Source: Laetmonice hystrix
Lineage: Eukaryota
DNA length: 64,000 nucleotides
NCBI GenBank assembly: GCA_965235115.1
Contig: OZ249438.1
Coordinates: forward strand, 43,524,001 to 43,588,000
Reading direction: 5' to 3'
The translations under genes and the position numbers were made by a program. The notes beneath the pieces were generated by a model that was not told the DNA's origin, did not search any database, and saw only the letters and a list, made by a program, of their open reading frames with translations. Positions 36,431 through 48,390 of the stretch are shown here, piece by piece (positions within the stretch are counted from its first letter, which is position 1; the number at the start of each line of letters is the position of its first letter).

Positions 36431-37059
36431 AGTGAGAGAGACAGAGAGAGACAGAGAGACACACAGAGAGAGAGAGAGACAGAGATGCAGAGAATGTAGC
36501 GGTTAGAGAGAGCCATGACAATACAGTTTAGCTATATAATGTTAAAGATTCCAGCCTGGTTTGGGTTGAGGGTGTTGGGATGTAGACCAATCAGAAGGCT
36601 TCGCTATAGGTTCCGGTTAGTTACGGCTGACAGCGGTGTGTTCATTATTATTACACCTGAGGGGAGATGAGCAATAATTAATGACAACATGCACAGTGAT
36701 CTGTTATTATGACATTGTCCACGTTGGTGGATGCTCCACGGCAAGCAGCTAACATTATTTTAAATAAACTTGTTGTTATCACACTTTCACTCACCTGTTG
36801 TAATATTATGTTGTATTTTCAGGTAAGATTTTCCCACTTCCGTTACAATTACAGAGTGCTTGATTCACCAACATTCTTCATGATATGGTAAGTCAATTAA
36901 GGATTTAAAAAAATTATTTTAAAAATGGAGAAAAGTAGTAGTCCGTAATAAAGAACCAGATGAGGAGGGAGTCGTTGCCTTCGTTACATGAAAATGGTAG
37001 TGGTTGTGTGGAGGGATGGGGAGCGCAAGGGAGCGGAGAGGAGGAGTGGGGGAGCGCAG

Positions 37060-37330
37060 GGGGAGGGGGTGTCCTCTAAGTGGCATTGTTTCCCGGGCCT
37101 GTCAGGCTGTGGTGGTGGCGGCATGGGAAGGACCTTGCTGTCAGATGTACTACTCGCCCAAGATGTCCGCAGGGGCCGATCCCTGAGAACATCGATCATG
37201 TCTGGCTGCCATGTTTTACTGCACAAAGTGCGTCTTACTGGAGGACGCGCACACTGGAGGGGTCGCACACCTGTCCGGGTTCACCCGCTAGTTTCTCTCT
37301 GCTGGGGGCTGTCCATCCCACCCCTGCATG
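37060..37330 (+). mobile_element. Possible decayed L1/Tx1-type C-terminal zinc-binding segment
   Basis: LWWWRHG...RCPQGPIPENIDHVWLPC...YW resembles the CPxx..E(T)xxHxFxxC..W motif. Confidence 0.25.
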
Positions 37331-37769
37331 TCTTCATGTGAAGCCTTCCAACAGACGGCGACCTGACCGAAACCAAACCTCTGCAGAGACTGTCAGCATT
37401 TGCTTTCCTTATTTTATTATACAGGCACATTAACAGCGAAATATGAGTAGCCGGTTTATGTCATAAAGATTTCCTTCCATTAGAAATCAGAACTCAAGCC
37501 GACTGAGGACATGTCTGGATAGCATCCCCGTATATACGATATTGTTTGTGGACAAATACAACGTGTTGTCAGGATTTTGAATATTGATAAGATACAACAA
37601 TATACTATTGAATTTATATGTTCAAGAAAATATGATATATATCAATGTCACCCTGTGTACCGCTATCAGCGTCCCAATTGTTCTTACCCAACAGTAAGTG
37701 GAAACCATGAACACACAGAGTATATTTTATACAGATCCGTGCACTTGCCTGCCAAGATAAAACAGGCCT

Positions 37770-38120
37770 CAATGCCTTGTGCCATTTTAAAACAGGCCTC
37801 AATGCCTTGTGCCATTTTAAAAAGGGCTCAATGCCTTGTGCCATTTTAAAACAGGGCTCAATGCCTTGTGCCATTTTAAAACAGGGCTCAATGCCTTGTG
37901 CCATTTTAAAACAAGGCTCAATACCCTGTGCCATTTTAAAACAGGGCTCAATGCCCTGTGCCATTTTAAAACAGGGCTCGATGCCTTGTGCCATTTTAAA
38001 ACAGGGCTCAATGCCCTGTGCCATTTTAAACCAGGGCTCGATTCCCTGTGCCATTTTAAACCAGGGCCCGATTCCCTGTGCCATTTTAAAACAGGGCTCA
38101 ATGCCCTGTGCCATTTTAAA
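37770..38120. repeat. 30-bp minisatellite, ~12 copies
   Basis: Unit aaaacagggctcaatgcc(t/c)tgtgccatttt. Confidence 0.93.
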
Positions 38121-38413
38121 GATATTTTTCTCTAATAACGGTTGGGTTTAACCCTGTTGCAAGTGTGCCATAGTAACAGAGAGAATGATCACGAAGGGCT
38201 GTCCCTGGGGTACTGCTCAGACATCGTACCACCAAACGCCCCAAGCTGAGATTGTAGGGGATGGACTCCTTGACCTCTGTGACCCGCCTCCTGGCCAGTT
38301 TTATACCCGCTTCACCCTCGTCTGACGAGCCATGAGGGTGATTCGCTCTTTTGATTGATAACCTGTTAAAAATATCGCTTCAAACAAGTAGACGTTAAAG
38401 GATATTGTTTAAG

Positions 38414-38625
38414 TATTTAACCTTGGGAGTGTGATAAAGTATCATTATGGTGGTAGCCGTGCGGTTATTTAACCTTGGGAGTGTGATAAAGTATCATTAT
38501 GGTGGTAGCCGTGCGGTTATTTAACCTTGGGAGTGTGATAAAGTATCATTATGGTGATAGCCGTGCGGTTATTTAACCTTGGGAGTGTGATAAAGTATCA
38601 TTATGGTGGTAGCCGTGCGGTTATT
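38414..38625. repeat. 52-bp minisatellite, 4 copies
   Basis: Unit tatttaaccttgggagtgtgataaagtatcattatggtggtagccgtgcggt. Confidence 0.9.
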
Positions 38626-38689
38626 GCCTGGCGAGGAATTGTTGGTTGTATTGGAGTTTATGTGGTGTTTAAAGTCGGCCGTCCCAGCT

Positions 38690-38900
38690 CCCCCCCCCCC
38701 AGCCTGTCCCGGTCTCCCAGTCCCCCCCCCCCCAACCCGTCTCAGCCCCTCCCCCAGGCCGTCCCGGCCCCCCAGCTCGTCCCTGCCCCCCAGCCTGTCC
38801 CTGCCCCCCAGCCTGTCCCGGCCCCCCAGCTCGTCCCTGCCCCCCAGCCTGTCCCTGCCCCCCAGCCTGTCCCCCCCCAGCTCCAGCCCCCCAGCCAGGC
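38690..38900. repeat. C-rich 18-bp repeat
   Basis: cctgtccctgcccccag-type units. Confidence 0.85.
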
Positions 38901-38977
38901 ACCAACCCTCTCAGCATCATAACGAGGATGGAGATGATGACCTCCCACAGTTAGGTAATCGCCATGGCCACAGCGCG

Positions 38978-39575
38978 TGACTGATTGGTTGGCCGTCCGA
39001 ATAATTACCCACACACGGTAGCTGATTGGTTGGCCGTCCGAATAATTACCCACACACGAGATCTGATTGGTTGGTCCGAATAATTACCCACACACGGTAG
39101 CTGATTGGTTGGCCGTCCGAATAATTACCCACACACGAGATCTGATTGGTTGGTCCGAATAATCACCGACACACGATATCTGATTGGTTGGTCCGAATAA
39201 TCACCCACACACGGTATCTGATTGGTTGGTCCGAATAATCACCCACACACGAGATCTGATTGGTTGGTCGTCCGAATAATCACCCACACACGAGATCTGA
39301 TTGGTTGGTCCGAATAATCACCCACACACGAGATCTGATTGGTTGGTCCGAATAATCACCCACACACGAGATCTGATTGGTTGGTCCGAATAATCACCCA
39401 CACACGGTATCTGATTGGTTGGTCCGAATAATCACCCACACACGAGATCTGATTGGTTGGTCGTCCGAATAATCACCCACACACGGTATCTGATTGGTTG
39501 GCCGTCCGAATAATCACCCACACACGAGATCTGATTGGTTGGTCGTCCGAATAATCACCCACACACGGTATCTGA
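38978..39575. repeat. 38/41-bp minisatellite, ~15 copies
   Basis: Unit ctgattggttgg(tcg)tccgaataatcacccacacacgagat. Confidence 0.92.
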
Positions 39576-39685
39576 GGAAATAGGAGAAAGAAGCTGGTGT
39601 CTAGGTCAATATAAGAAGAAAATAAGAAGAAAATCTGCATAGTTTTGTGAATTGGTCGGATGTTTGTTAACAATATGATAGGTCT

Positions 39686-39990
39686 CCCCGACCTTTGATG
39701 GTTTTCATATAACTGGTTATCACATTTTGTGTTTCCTTTATATAAACACCCTGGTATAAAAACCAACCTCGTTCTGAGAGTAATACTCCCCGACCTTTGA
39801 TGGTTTTCATATAACTGGTTATCACATTTTGTGTTTCCTTTATATAAACACCCTGGTATAAAAACCAACCTCGTTCTGAGAGTAATACTCCCCGACCGTT
39901 GATGGTTTTCATATAACTGTTTATCACATTTTGTGTTTCCTTTATATAAACACCCTGGTATAAAAACCAACCTCGTTCTGAGTGTAATAC
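39686..39990. repeat. 102-bp tandem repeat, 3 copies
   Basis: Copies start at 39686, 39788, 39890. Confidence 0.9.
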
Positions 39991-40049
39991 AATGATTATG
40001 GACCAAAGAGGTGAGGTTATTCTGATCTCGGGAATAGAATAAACATGAG

Positions 40050-40410
40050 TGGGACGAATTCCCGACTCTCTCTGCTCTATCCGTGCACATTAAGAGGTCT
40101 ATACGTGCGTCAGTTGAGATTTATTCCTCGTGTCAGAGATAATGTAACGTATCTGGTCGTGATCGGGATGGCAGACTGGAGAACCGAGGCCATGCGCGAT
40201 GGTATCACCCCTCGCATAGCTGGCATCAGGCGGCGGAGGACAAGTGTAGAGCCAGGGATCCAATTTGTCATCGGCAGATATCGATCTCAGAGCCCGCTTG
40301 TTCTCGTGGTTCTCTCAAGTCACGGCAGGCGGCGCTGTCAATACGACATTCTCAGAGCGTCAGAGCGCGGATTCACAGCCTTCCTTGAGCACTGGTTGAT
40401 TTTAAAATAA
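40050..40410 (+). mobile_element. Possible decayed LINE ORF2 3' fragment
   Basis: LY...VExYSS...RLE...AR remnants across frameshifts, followed by a (GA)n tract at 40447-40600. Confidence 0.3.
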
Positions 40411-40769
40411 TCGAAAAGTGGGAAACTCGGATGGATCAGATCCAGATGGAGAGAGAGAGAGAGAGAAGAGAGGGAGAGACAGAGACGGGGAGAGAAAGAG
40501 AGCAGAGAGAGAGAGAGCGACAGAGAGAGATAGGAAAGAGAGACAGAGAGAGCGAGATAGAGATAGGGAGAGAGGGGAGAGAGAGACAGAGAGAGAGAGA
40601 GAATCAGAAATCACCATCCCCTGTAACTGTACCAAACTAACCAAGACGTTCAGGGTGAGCCCAAGGCCGTCTCTCCGCCCCCCTTGGGTAAGCGATGATG
40701 ATGGCGCAGTGGTGTAACATGTCACGGTGACGATAGAACTGTCAACATGACACTGCTGGCCGTTTCCGT

Positions 40770-41110
40770 ATACAGCGTGCCCTAATGCTGGACATGTCCG
40801 CCTTCTCTTACATACAGCGTGCCCTAATGCTGGACATGTCCGCCTTCTGTTACATACAGCGTGCCCTAATGCTGGACATGTCCGCCTTCTCTTACATACA
40901 GCGTGCCCTAATGCTGGACATGTCCGCCTTCTCTTACATACAGCGTGCCCTAATGCTGGACATGTCCACCTTCTGTTACATACAGCGTGCCCTAATGCTG
41001 GACATGTCCGCCTTCTGTTACATACAGCGTGCCCTAATGCTGGACATGTCCACCTTCTGTTACATACAGCGTGCCCTAATGCTGGACATGTCCGCCTTCT
41101 GTTACATACA
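40770..41110. repeat. 42-bp minisatellite, 8 copies
   Basis: Unit catacagcgtgccctaatgctggacatgtccgccttct(c/g)tta. Confidence 0.93.
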
Positions 41111-41835
41111 GGGATCCTCAAATGGACGTAATCTGTAAATGTCTCTCTAAAAATGGACGATCTATTATTTAGACCTAAAATTCTTTCTGACATTTATCAT
41201 GGAAATATAGATGTTACCGTGTTGTTTGTGCTCAACCAAGCTGTCCATATTTCTACAATTCCTTGGGAACGGGGGGGGGGGGAGTTATGGCGTAAGAAGG
41301 TAACAAACAGAAACAACACCACAATAAGACCGTGCTATATTGTATAAGTGTTATGCTAGGAAATGTGGGCGTCCTTGTGTTTCCTTGGCAACCGACTGTA
41401 ACGTTGGCGACAGAGGATAAAAGTTACCCTTGGACCGCCTGTTTACATCTAATATACAAAGGACTGTCGAGCGATCCCACCTTGAACGTCCCTTGTGTAC
41501 AGCGAGCTTGTTTCAATGTCGGCCTTGACATTTTAACGATTATGGTAACACAAAAATACTCGGAGATTTTACCAGCACAGATCCTGCTAGGCCCGACCTA
41601 CACTCCTCCCAACCGTATCTACGATATGGCACAGTCAGTGCAGCCTTCCACCTGTTAGTGTGGCGATGGGGGGGGGGGGGGGGGGTGCTGGCTACCTGCC
41701 AACCTAGGTACACTATCGCCAACAGCCGGGTGCCATCACCCAACCCAACTCATCAGAACATCGGTAACAAAAGGAAAGAAAGAAAATCCATTTGTGGTTG
41801 TGGTTTTGATGCTGGAGGCAGCATCGCGATTCACA

Positions 41836-42237
41836 GTGGATTGATCGACACCGCTACGTACGTGACGTCACAGTTGTTGCCGTGGATTGATCGACACCGC
41901 GACGTACGTGACGTCACAGTTGTTACCGTGGATTGATCGACACCGCGACGTACGTGACGTCACAGTTGTTGCCGTGGATTGATCGACACCGCGACGTACG
42001 TGACGTCACAGTTGTTGCCGTGGATTGATCGACACCGCTACGTACGTGACGTCACAGTTGTTGCCGCGGATTGATCGACACCGCTACGTACGTGACGTCA
42101 CAGTTGTTGCCGTGGATTGATCGACACCGCGACGTACGTGACGTCACAGTTGTTGCCGTGGATTGATCGATACCGCTACGTACGTGACGTCACAGTTGTT
42201 GCCGTGGATTGATCGACACCGCTACGTACGTGACGTC
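41836..42237. repeat. 46-bp CpG-rich minisatellite, ~9 copies
   Basis: Unit gtggattgatcgacaccgc(t/g)acgtacgtgacgtcacagttgttgcc. Confidence 0.93.
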
Positions 42238-42524
42238 TTATTATGTGTCACGTGACTTAGTCACGTGACGGAAATTAGTTATACATTTGTATATAGGCCT
42301 ACTTATTATATTACTCCTCTCAAAGTTAGATCTGCACGTTTAGCTGAAACCGATGGAGACTTCAGATGTCACAGACCAGAGAATGGAGTATGATGAATAG
42401 TATCTCTCTGGTACAGTTCTTATACATGCAAGCATTCTGCACGTGTACGATCACATAGAACCGTGCACTGAGTACTTCAGGTGGTGGGGTATCTGTATCC
42501 TCACTCCCTTAACACTTATCGGTA

Positions 42525-43310
42525 GAGAAGGTCACTTGTCGGTAGAGAAGGTCACTTGTCGGTAGAGAAGGTCACTTGTCGGTAGAGAAGGTCACTTGTC
42601 GGTAGAGAAGGTCACTTGTCGGTAGAGAAGGTCACTTGTCGGTAGAGAAGGTCACTTGTCGGTAGAGAAGGTCACTTGTCGATAGAGAAGGTCACTTGTC
42701 GATAGAGAAGGTCACTTGTCGATAGAGAAGGTCACTTGTCGGTAGAGAAGGTCACTTGTCGGTAGAGAAGGTCACTTGTCGGTAGAGAAGGTCACTTGTC
42801 GGTAGAGAAGGTCACTTGTCGGTAGAGAAGGTCACTTGTCGATAGAGAAGGTCACTTGTCGATAGAGAAGGTCACTTGTCGCTAGAGAAGGTCACTTGTC
42901 GCTAGAGAAGGTCACTTGTCGCTAGAGAAGGTCACTTGTCGCTAGAGAAGGTCACTTGTCGCTAGAGAAGGTCACTTGTCGATAGAGAAGGTCACTTGTC
43001 GGTAGAGAAGGTCACTTGTCGGTAGAGAAGGTCACTTGTCGGTAGAGAAGGTCGCCTATCGATAGAGAAGGTCGCATATCGATAGAGAAGGTCGCTTATC
43101 GATAGAGAAGGCCACATATCGATAGAGAAGGCCACTTATCGATAGAGAAGGCCACATATCGATAGAGAAGGTCACTTATCGGTAGAGAAGGTCACATATC
43201 GGTAGAGAAGGTCACATATCGATAGAGAAGGTCATATATCGATAGAGAAGGTCACTTATCGATAGAGAAGGTCACTTATCGATAGAGAAGGTCACTTGTT
43301 GACAGAGAAG
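42525..43310. repeat. 20-bp minisatellite, ~39 copies
   Basis: Unit cg(g/a/c)tagagaaggtcacttgt. Confidence 0.95.
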
Positions 43311-43416
43311 GGCGTTGTCCCGGTGTGCGGGTTTCTTCACGTGCATTATCATCACCGACCAAAGAAATAAAAAAAAATAAGAGAATTGGACTGTTCTGGA
43401 GACGGCCAACAGTTGC

Positions 43417-43491
43417 CGAAGAAGAAGAAGAAGAAGAAGAAGAAGAAGAAGAAGAAGAAGAAGAAGAAGAAGAAGAAGAAGAAGAAGAAGA
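43417..43491. repeat. (GAA)n microsatellite
   Basis: About 24 uninterrupted units; source of the poly-E/poly-L ORFs. Confidence 0.97.
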
Positions 43492-44104
43492 AAAAACAAC
43501 AATAACAACCCCGGTTATCTGATTGATTGAACTGATTTAATTGTATTATTTGAGCGATAGTTTTTCCGATGAAGGCACCTTAAATAATTGAATAGAATTA
43601 ATTGATCACTGAACCCTAGTAATAATTTAAAATGGTTTATCGGGACGGACGGGGATGGATATAAATGACAGATTGGCCGGTGTGGATTTGACGATAGAAA
43701 GTTGTGCCGACCGGGTTTGGTAGTCTATCATTGCTAGATCTATGGGCATGGTGTCGACTGGCTGTCCAGACAATGTTTTATTGGTGCAGTTGTACCGCAG
43801 GTCATATCAGTGGTCAGGAAATAGGTCCGGGCATATACCATTTTGCGATCTCGACACATTTTTAACTCCTTTTAGAAAACTTTTAGGTCTTAACTATTGA
43901 AATTGACGTTTTGCCCCGGATGAACGGTGTACGAACTTATGATATATTTATTGATTTTTATTGACCTTTTTATTGATTGAACGGCAGTGCGAGGGCAGTC
44001 CCTCACATCGGTCGGGTTAAGTGCGTTGTCAGCAGCTACATACAGCAGACGAGGGTCGACCGGACATTGGCTGTCTCCTTCCCATCGTCACCTTAGATCG
44101 TACA

Positions 44105-44635
44105 AGCCCGGACCGGCCGTCCGGACCGGCCGCCCTGACCGCCCGCCCGGACCGGCCGCCCGGACCGGCCGCCCGGACCGGCCGCCCGGACCGACCGCCC
44201 GGATCGCCCGGCCGCCCTGACCGGCCGCCCTGACCGGCCGCCCTGACCGGCCGCCCTGACCGGCCGCCCTGACCGGCCGCCCTCAGACCGGCCGCCCGGA
44301 CCTGACCGCCCGACCTGACTGGCCGCCCTGACCGGCCGTCCTGACCGCCCGCCCTCAGACCGGCCGCCCTCAGACCGGCCGCCCGGACCGGCCGCCCTGA
44401 CCGGCAGCCCGGACCGGCCGCCCGCACCGGCCGCCCTGACCGACCGCCCTGACCGGCCGCCCAGACCGCCCGCCCTGACCGGCCGCCCTGACCGGCCGCC
44501 CTGACCGGCCGCCCTGACCGGCCGCCCGCACCGGCCGCCCTGACCGGCAGCCCGGACCGGCCGCCCGCACCGGCCGCCCTGACCGACCGCCCTGACCGGC
44601 CGCCCGGACCGCCCGCCCTGACCGACCGCCCGGAC
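44105..44635. repeat. Very GC-rich 13-bp repeat, ~40 copies
   Basis: Unit ccggccgccc(t/g)ga. Confidence 0.92.
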
Positions 44636-45734
44636 AAGTCGACCTCCCGGGGACGGTCTAACAAACACCTCATCACCCCGCGCACCAACTGTCCGAACTC
44701 GGCGGACACCGGATGTCCTCGCTCCCACCCGGGCGTTCCTCCCACTCCTGCTGCCATCTGACGAGACGCTGACACACAGTTGACTGGTTGGTTAGGAGAC
44801 GGCCATCCGTCCGCTGGCCGTCAGGGAGACTTGGATCCCGCCACCAGCAGCGCACCCCGTCACACCCACCGCAACCAATCCTCACCACCACACGGTAACA
44901 TCGACTGTGGTGGTAACCACGTGGTATGTGCTCCTGGCGGACGCTGCCAGTACTACCGCGGTGCACGACTCGTCGTGGCCGTGGCGTCTGTATGAAGTTG
45001 GAGCAATCGCTTGAGCTCCAGCACTAGCAGCAGGAGCAGTGACTGCAGGAGAAGACGGAGATTGCTGGGAACGATTGTTACTGGGAATTGGCTCCCACAG
45101 CACCTAATAGATGTTCGCGTTATACGACTAGTCCAACTTAAGTCATCGTCCTGCAGTGCACGTTTCTCTATCCTCGAGTCTCGCCAAACACAGCCAGGTC
45201 AGGCGTTAAGTGGACTCGTTCTTCATCACCACAGCTTCTGCTCAGTCGTCACACAGGTAGAGCTTTCAGAGTTTTACATTTACAACAAAACGACTTACGG
45301 AAGGTTTTTGTGACCCGCCACCGCGAGTCGGGAGGATACACTGTGGATGGTCTACTGGAATGTTACACATGTCTACAGATTGGTTCCCAAGACGGTACAA
45401 ACACAGTGTGTACCCACTGCTATGCTAAACATTGGAATGCACGACGGGGTTGAAATACAGAGAGGATGCAAAGATAAGGTTAGAGGTTGTTTTCTTTTCC
45501 TGCCTGAAATTCTTTCTGTTGTTATTTGAAAAGGTTGGTTTATTAATCTAATCCAGACGGTATAGAATTAGCTTAGTAAATCTTTTATCAGAAATTAAAA
45601 AAAACTGACTGAGGTAGAAATATCGATGGAGTCATTTATAGTAAGGCTCTAATTCAGTTATGCGACTTGCGCTTGATAGAATTTAGCCAAAAGTTTGGCG
45701 TGGCTTAATCTAGAGGAAAGGACCGTCACAAGAC

Positions 45735-46176
45735 TTGTAGCAGTCACATGTATTAAAAACTATCTGGATATTGAATCTATAAAGACACTTGTCCTTCTGG
45801 CAATGGGGGAGGGGGCATAGTGGTTAGAGCTGTTATAGTGGTTGTAGCAGTCACATGTATTAAAAACCACCCGTCACAAGACTTGTAGCAGTCACATCTA
45901 GCATCTGGATATTGAATCTATAGAGACACTTGTCCTCCTGGCAATGGGGGAGGGGCAGAGTGGCTAGAGCTGTTATAGTGGTTGTAGCAGTCACATGTAT
46001 TTAAAACCATCATATTGAATCTATAGAGACACTTGTCCTCCTGGCAATGGGGGAAGGGCATAGTGGTTAGAGCTGTTATAGTGGTTGTAGCAGTCACATG
46101 TATTTAAAACCATCATATTGAATCTATAGAGACGCTTGTCCTCTTGGCGATGGGGGAGGGGCAGAGTGGTTAGAGC
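45735..46176. repeat. ~100-bp imperfect tandem repeat (4 copies) including a SINE head
   Basis: Each copy ends in ggcaatgggggagggg(c)a(t/g)agtggttagagc; the fourth continues into the SINE body. Confidence 0.8.
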
Positions 46177-46360
46177 GCGGGATCTTTTTCCAAACGTTCT
46201 GGGTTCTATCGAAAAGAGTAGGGGTTCGCCCCGGTGCGCGGGTTTCTTTCTATCATCTCATCATTATCACCCATGGATTTCACCGACTGAGTTAGTGAAA
46301 ACCTTGTTCTCGCCCTGATACTGGTTGGCTGGGCGTTAAACACCAACAACTCACTCAGCC
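46150..46360 (+). mobile_element. tRNA-derived SINE
   Basis: A-box-like ggcagagtgg (46160-46169), degenerate B box ggttctatc (46202-46210), 3' end gctgggcgttaaacaccaacaactcactc with a short simple-repeat tail. Confidence 0.55.
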
Positions 46361-46411
46361 ATTCCCGGGAACTGGTGCGATTCTTCCTGTCAGATAACGG
46401 AGTCCCAGACT

Positions 46412-47600
46412 GTCAGTTAACGGTCTGACGGCGTCCCAGACTGTGTGATAACGGTCTGACGGAGTCCCAGACTGTGTGATAACGGTCTGACGGAGTCCCA
46501 GACTGTGTGATAACGGTCTGACGGAGTCCCAGACTGTGTGATAACGGTCTGACGGAGTCCCAGACTGTGTGATAACGGTCTGACGGAGTCCCAGACTGTG
46601 TGATAACGGTCTGACGGAGTCCCAGACTGTGTGATAACGGTCTGACGGAGTCCAGACTGTCAGATAACGGTCTGACGGAGTCCCAGACTGTGTGATAACG
46701 GTCTGACGGAGTCCCAGACTGTGTGATAACGGTCTGACGGAGTCCCAGACTGTGTGATAACGGTCTGACGGAGTCCCAGACTGTCAGATAACGGTCTGAC
46801 GGAGTCCCAGACTGTGTGATAACGGTCTGACGGAGTCCCAGACTGTGTGATAACGGTCTGACGGAGTCCCAGACTGTGTGATAACGGTCTGACGGAGTCC
46901 CAGACTGTGTGATAACGGTCTGACGGAGTCCCAGACTGTGTGATAACGGTTTGACGGAGTCCCAGACTGTGTGATAACGGTCTGACGGAGTCCCAGACTG
47001 TGATAACGGTCTGACGGAGTCCCAGACTGTGTGATAACGGTCTGACGGAGTCCCAGACTGTGTGATAACGGTCTGACGGAGTCCCAGACTGTCAGATAAC
47101 GGTCTGACGGAGTCCCAGACTGTGTGATAACGGTCTGACGGAGTCCCAGACTGTGTGATAACGGTCTGACGGAGTCCCAGACTGTGTGATAACGGTCTGA
47201 CGGAGTCCCAGACTGTGTGATAACGGTTTGACGGAGTCCCAGACTGTGTGATAACGGTCTGACGGAGTCCCAGACTGTGTGATAACGGTCTGACGGAGTC
47301 CCAGACTGTCAGATAACGGTCTGACGGAGTCCCAGACTGTCAGGTAACGGTCTGACGGAGTCCCAGACTGTGTGATAACGGTCTGACGGAGTCCCAGACT
47401 GTGTGATAACGGTCTGACGGAGTCCCAGACTGTGTGATAACGGTCTGACTGAGTCCCAGACTGTGTGATAACGGTCTGACGGAGTCCCAGACTGTGTGAT
47501 AACGGTCTGACGGAGTCCCAGACTGTGTGATGACGGTCTGACGGAGTCCCAGACTGTCAGATAACGGTCTGACGGAGTCCCAGACTGTCAGTTGCCGGTC
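46412..47600. repeat. 31-bp minisatellite, ~38 copies
   Basis: Unit gataacggtctgacggagtcccagactgt(gt/ca). Confidence 0.95.
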
Positions 47601-48195
47601 TGACAGTAGTGACGTCTAACGAGCTGAGACGCCGAGGAGAAAGGGAGACGCTGCCTGAATTGGTTGCCAACGTCAATGGCAAGGGTTGTAATGTTAGCAG
47701 TGGCGTGAACCGCGGTGAGTTCTCAATGTCATTAGCACTGTCAAAACTGGGCAGACTCGCCTAAAGATTGCCAAGTCTGGTGGCAAGGGTTGTCAGCTCC
47801 AGTTGCCAGCGTCAGTTCTATCTCCTTGGATCGTTAGGGAGAGTTATGAACTAGCGGCTGGTACTCCTTGCAGTGGCCAGACCTCAGGGACAGCTACATT
47901 AAGTAAACAACAGACCCGGCTACACGTTCAGATGATTTAAAGGCCCCCTGAAATTGGTGACGCAAGCCGAACAATCTTACAGCATAGCGACCAGCGTGTA
48001 AACGTTAGTTTGAGAGACCTCTCTCTGCTCTTTGACCTGTGAATACATCTGGACGGAGAGTGACCAGTACACAGAGAATTGATCTCAGTGCTTAGCGGTG
48101 GCCAGCAAGAAATGGACGTCGCCTAGGCTGGTCTGCGCATATTATCTCTACTTACTGGTTTACCAATAATGAAGTTTACAGGACTGCAGTCTTAA

Positions 48196-48390
48196 GCCGC
48201 TTTCACATGCACACGGTTTGCGGTGTGAGGTGTGCGGCGTGCGTTTTTGCAAAAATGGAACAACTGAAAATAGATATAACCGTTCACATGTCTCCAGTTT
48301 GCGGCGTGCGGTGATTTACATTGGCTACATTATTAACAAAAACGCACGCCGCATGCCGCACGCCGCACACCGTATGCATGTGAAAGCGGC
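48196..48390. mobile_element. MITE flanked by TTAA
   Basis: ttaa|gccgctttcacatgca ... tgcatgtgaaagcggc|ttaa; imperfect TIR ~53 bp. Confidence 0.85.

Noticed and set aside
44029-44775. Gly/Arg-rich 211-248 aa ORFs (RGG-like)
   Set aside because: Product of the 13-bp GC repeat, which lacks stops by composition.
47630-47930. Possible LINE 3' remnant (ALSKLG, RDSYI)
   Set aside because: Motif matches too short and degenerate to support by eye.
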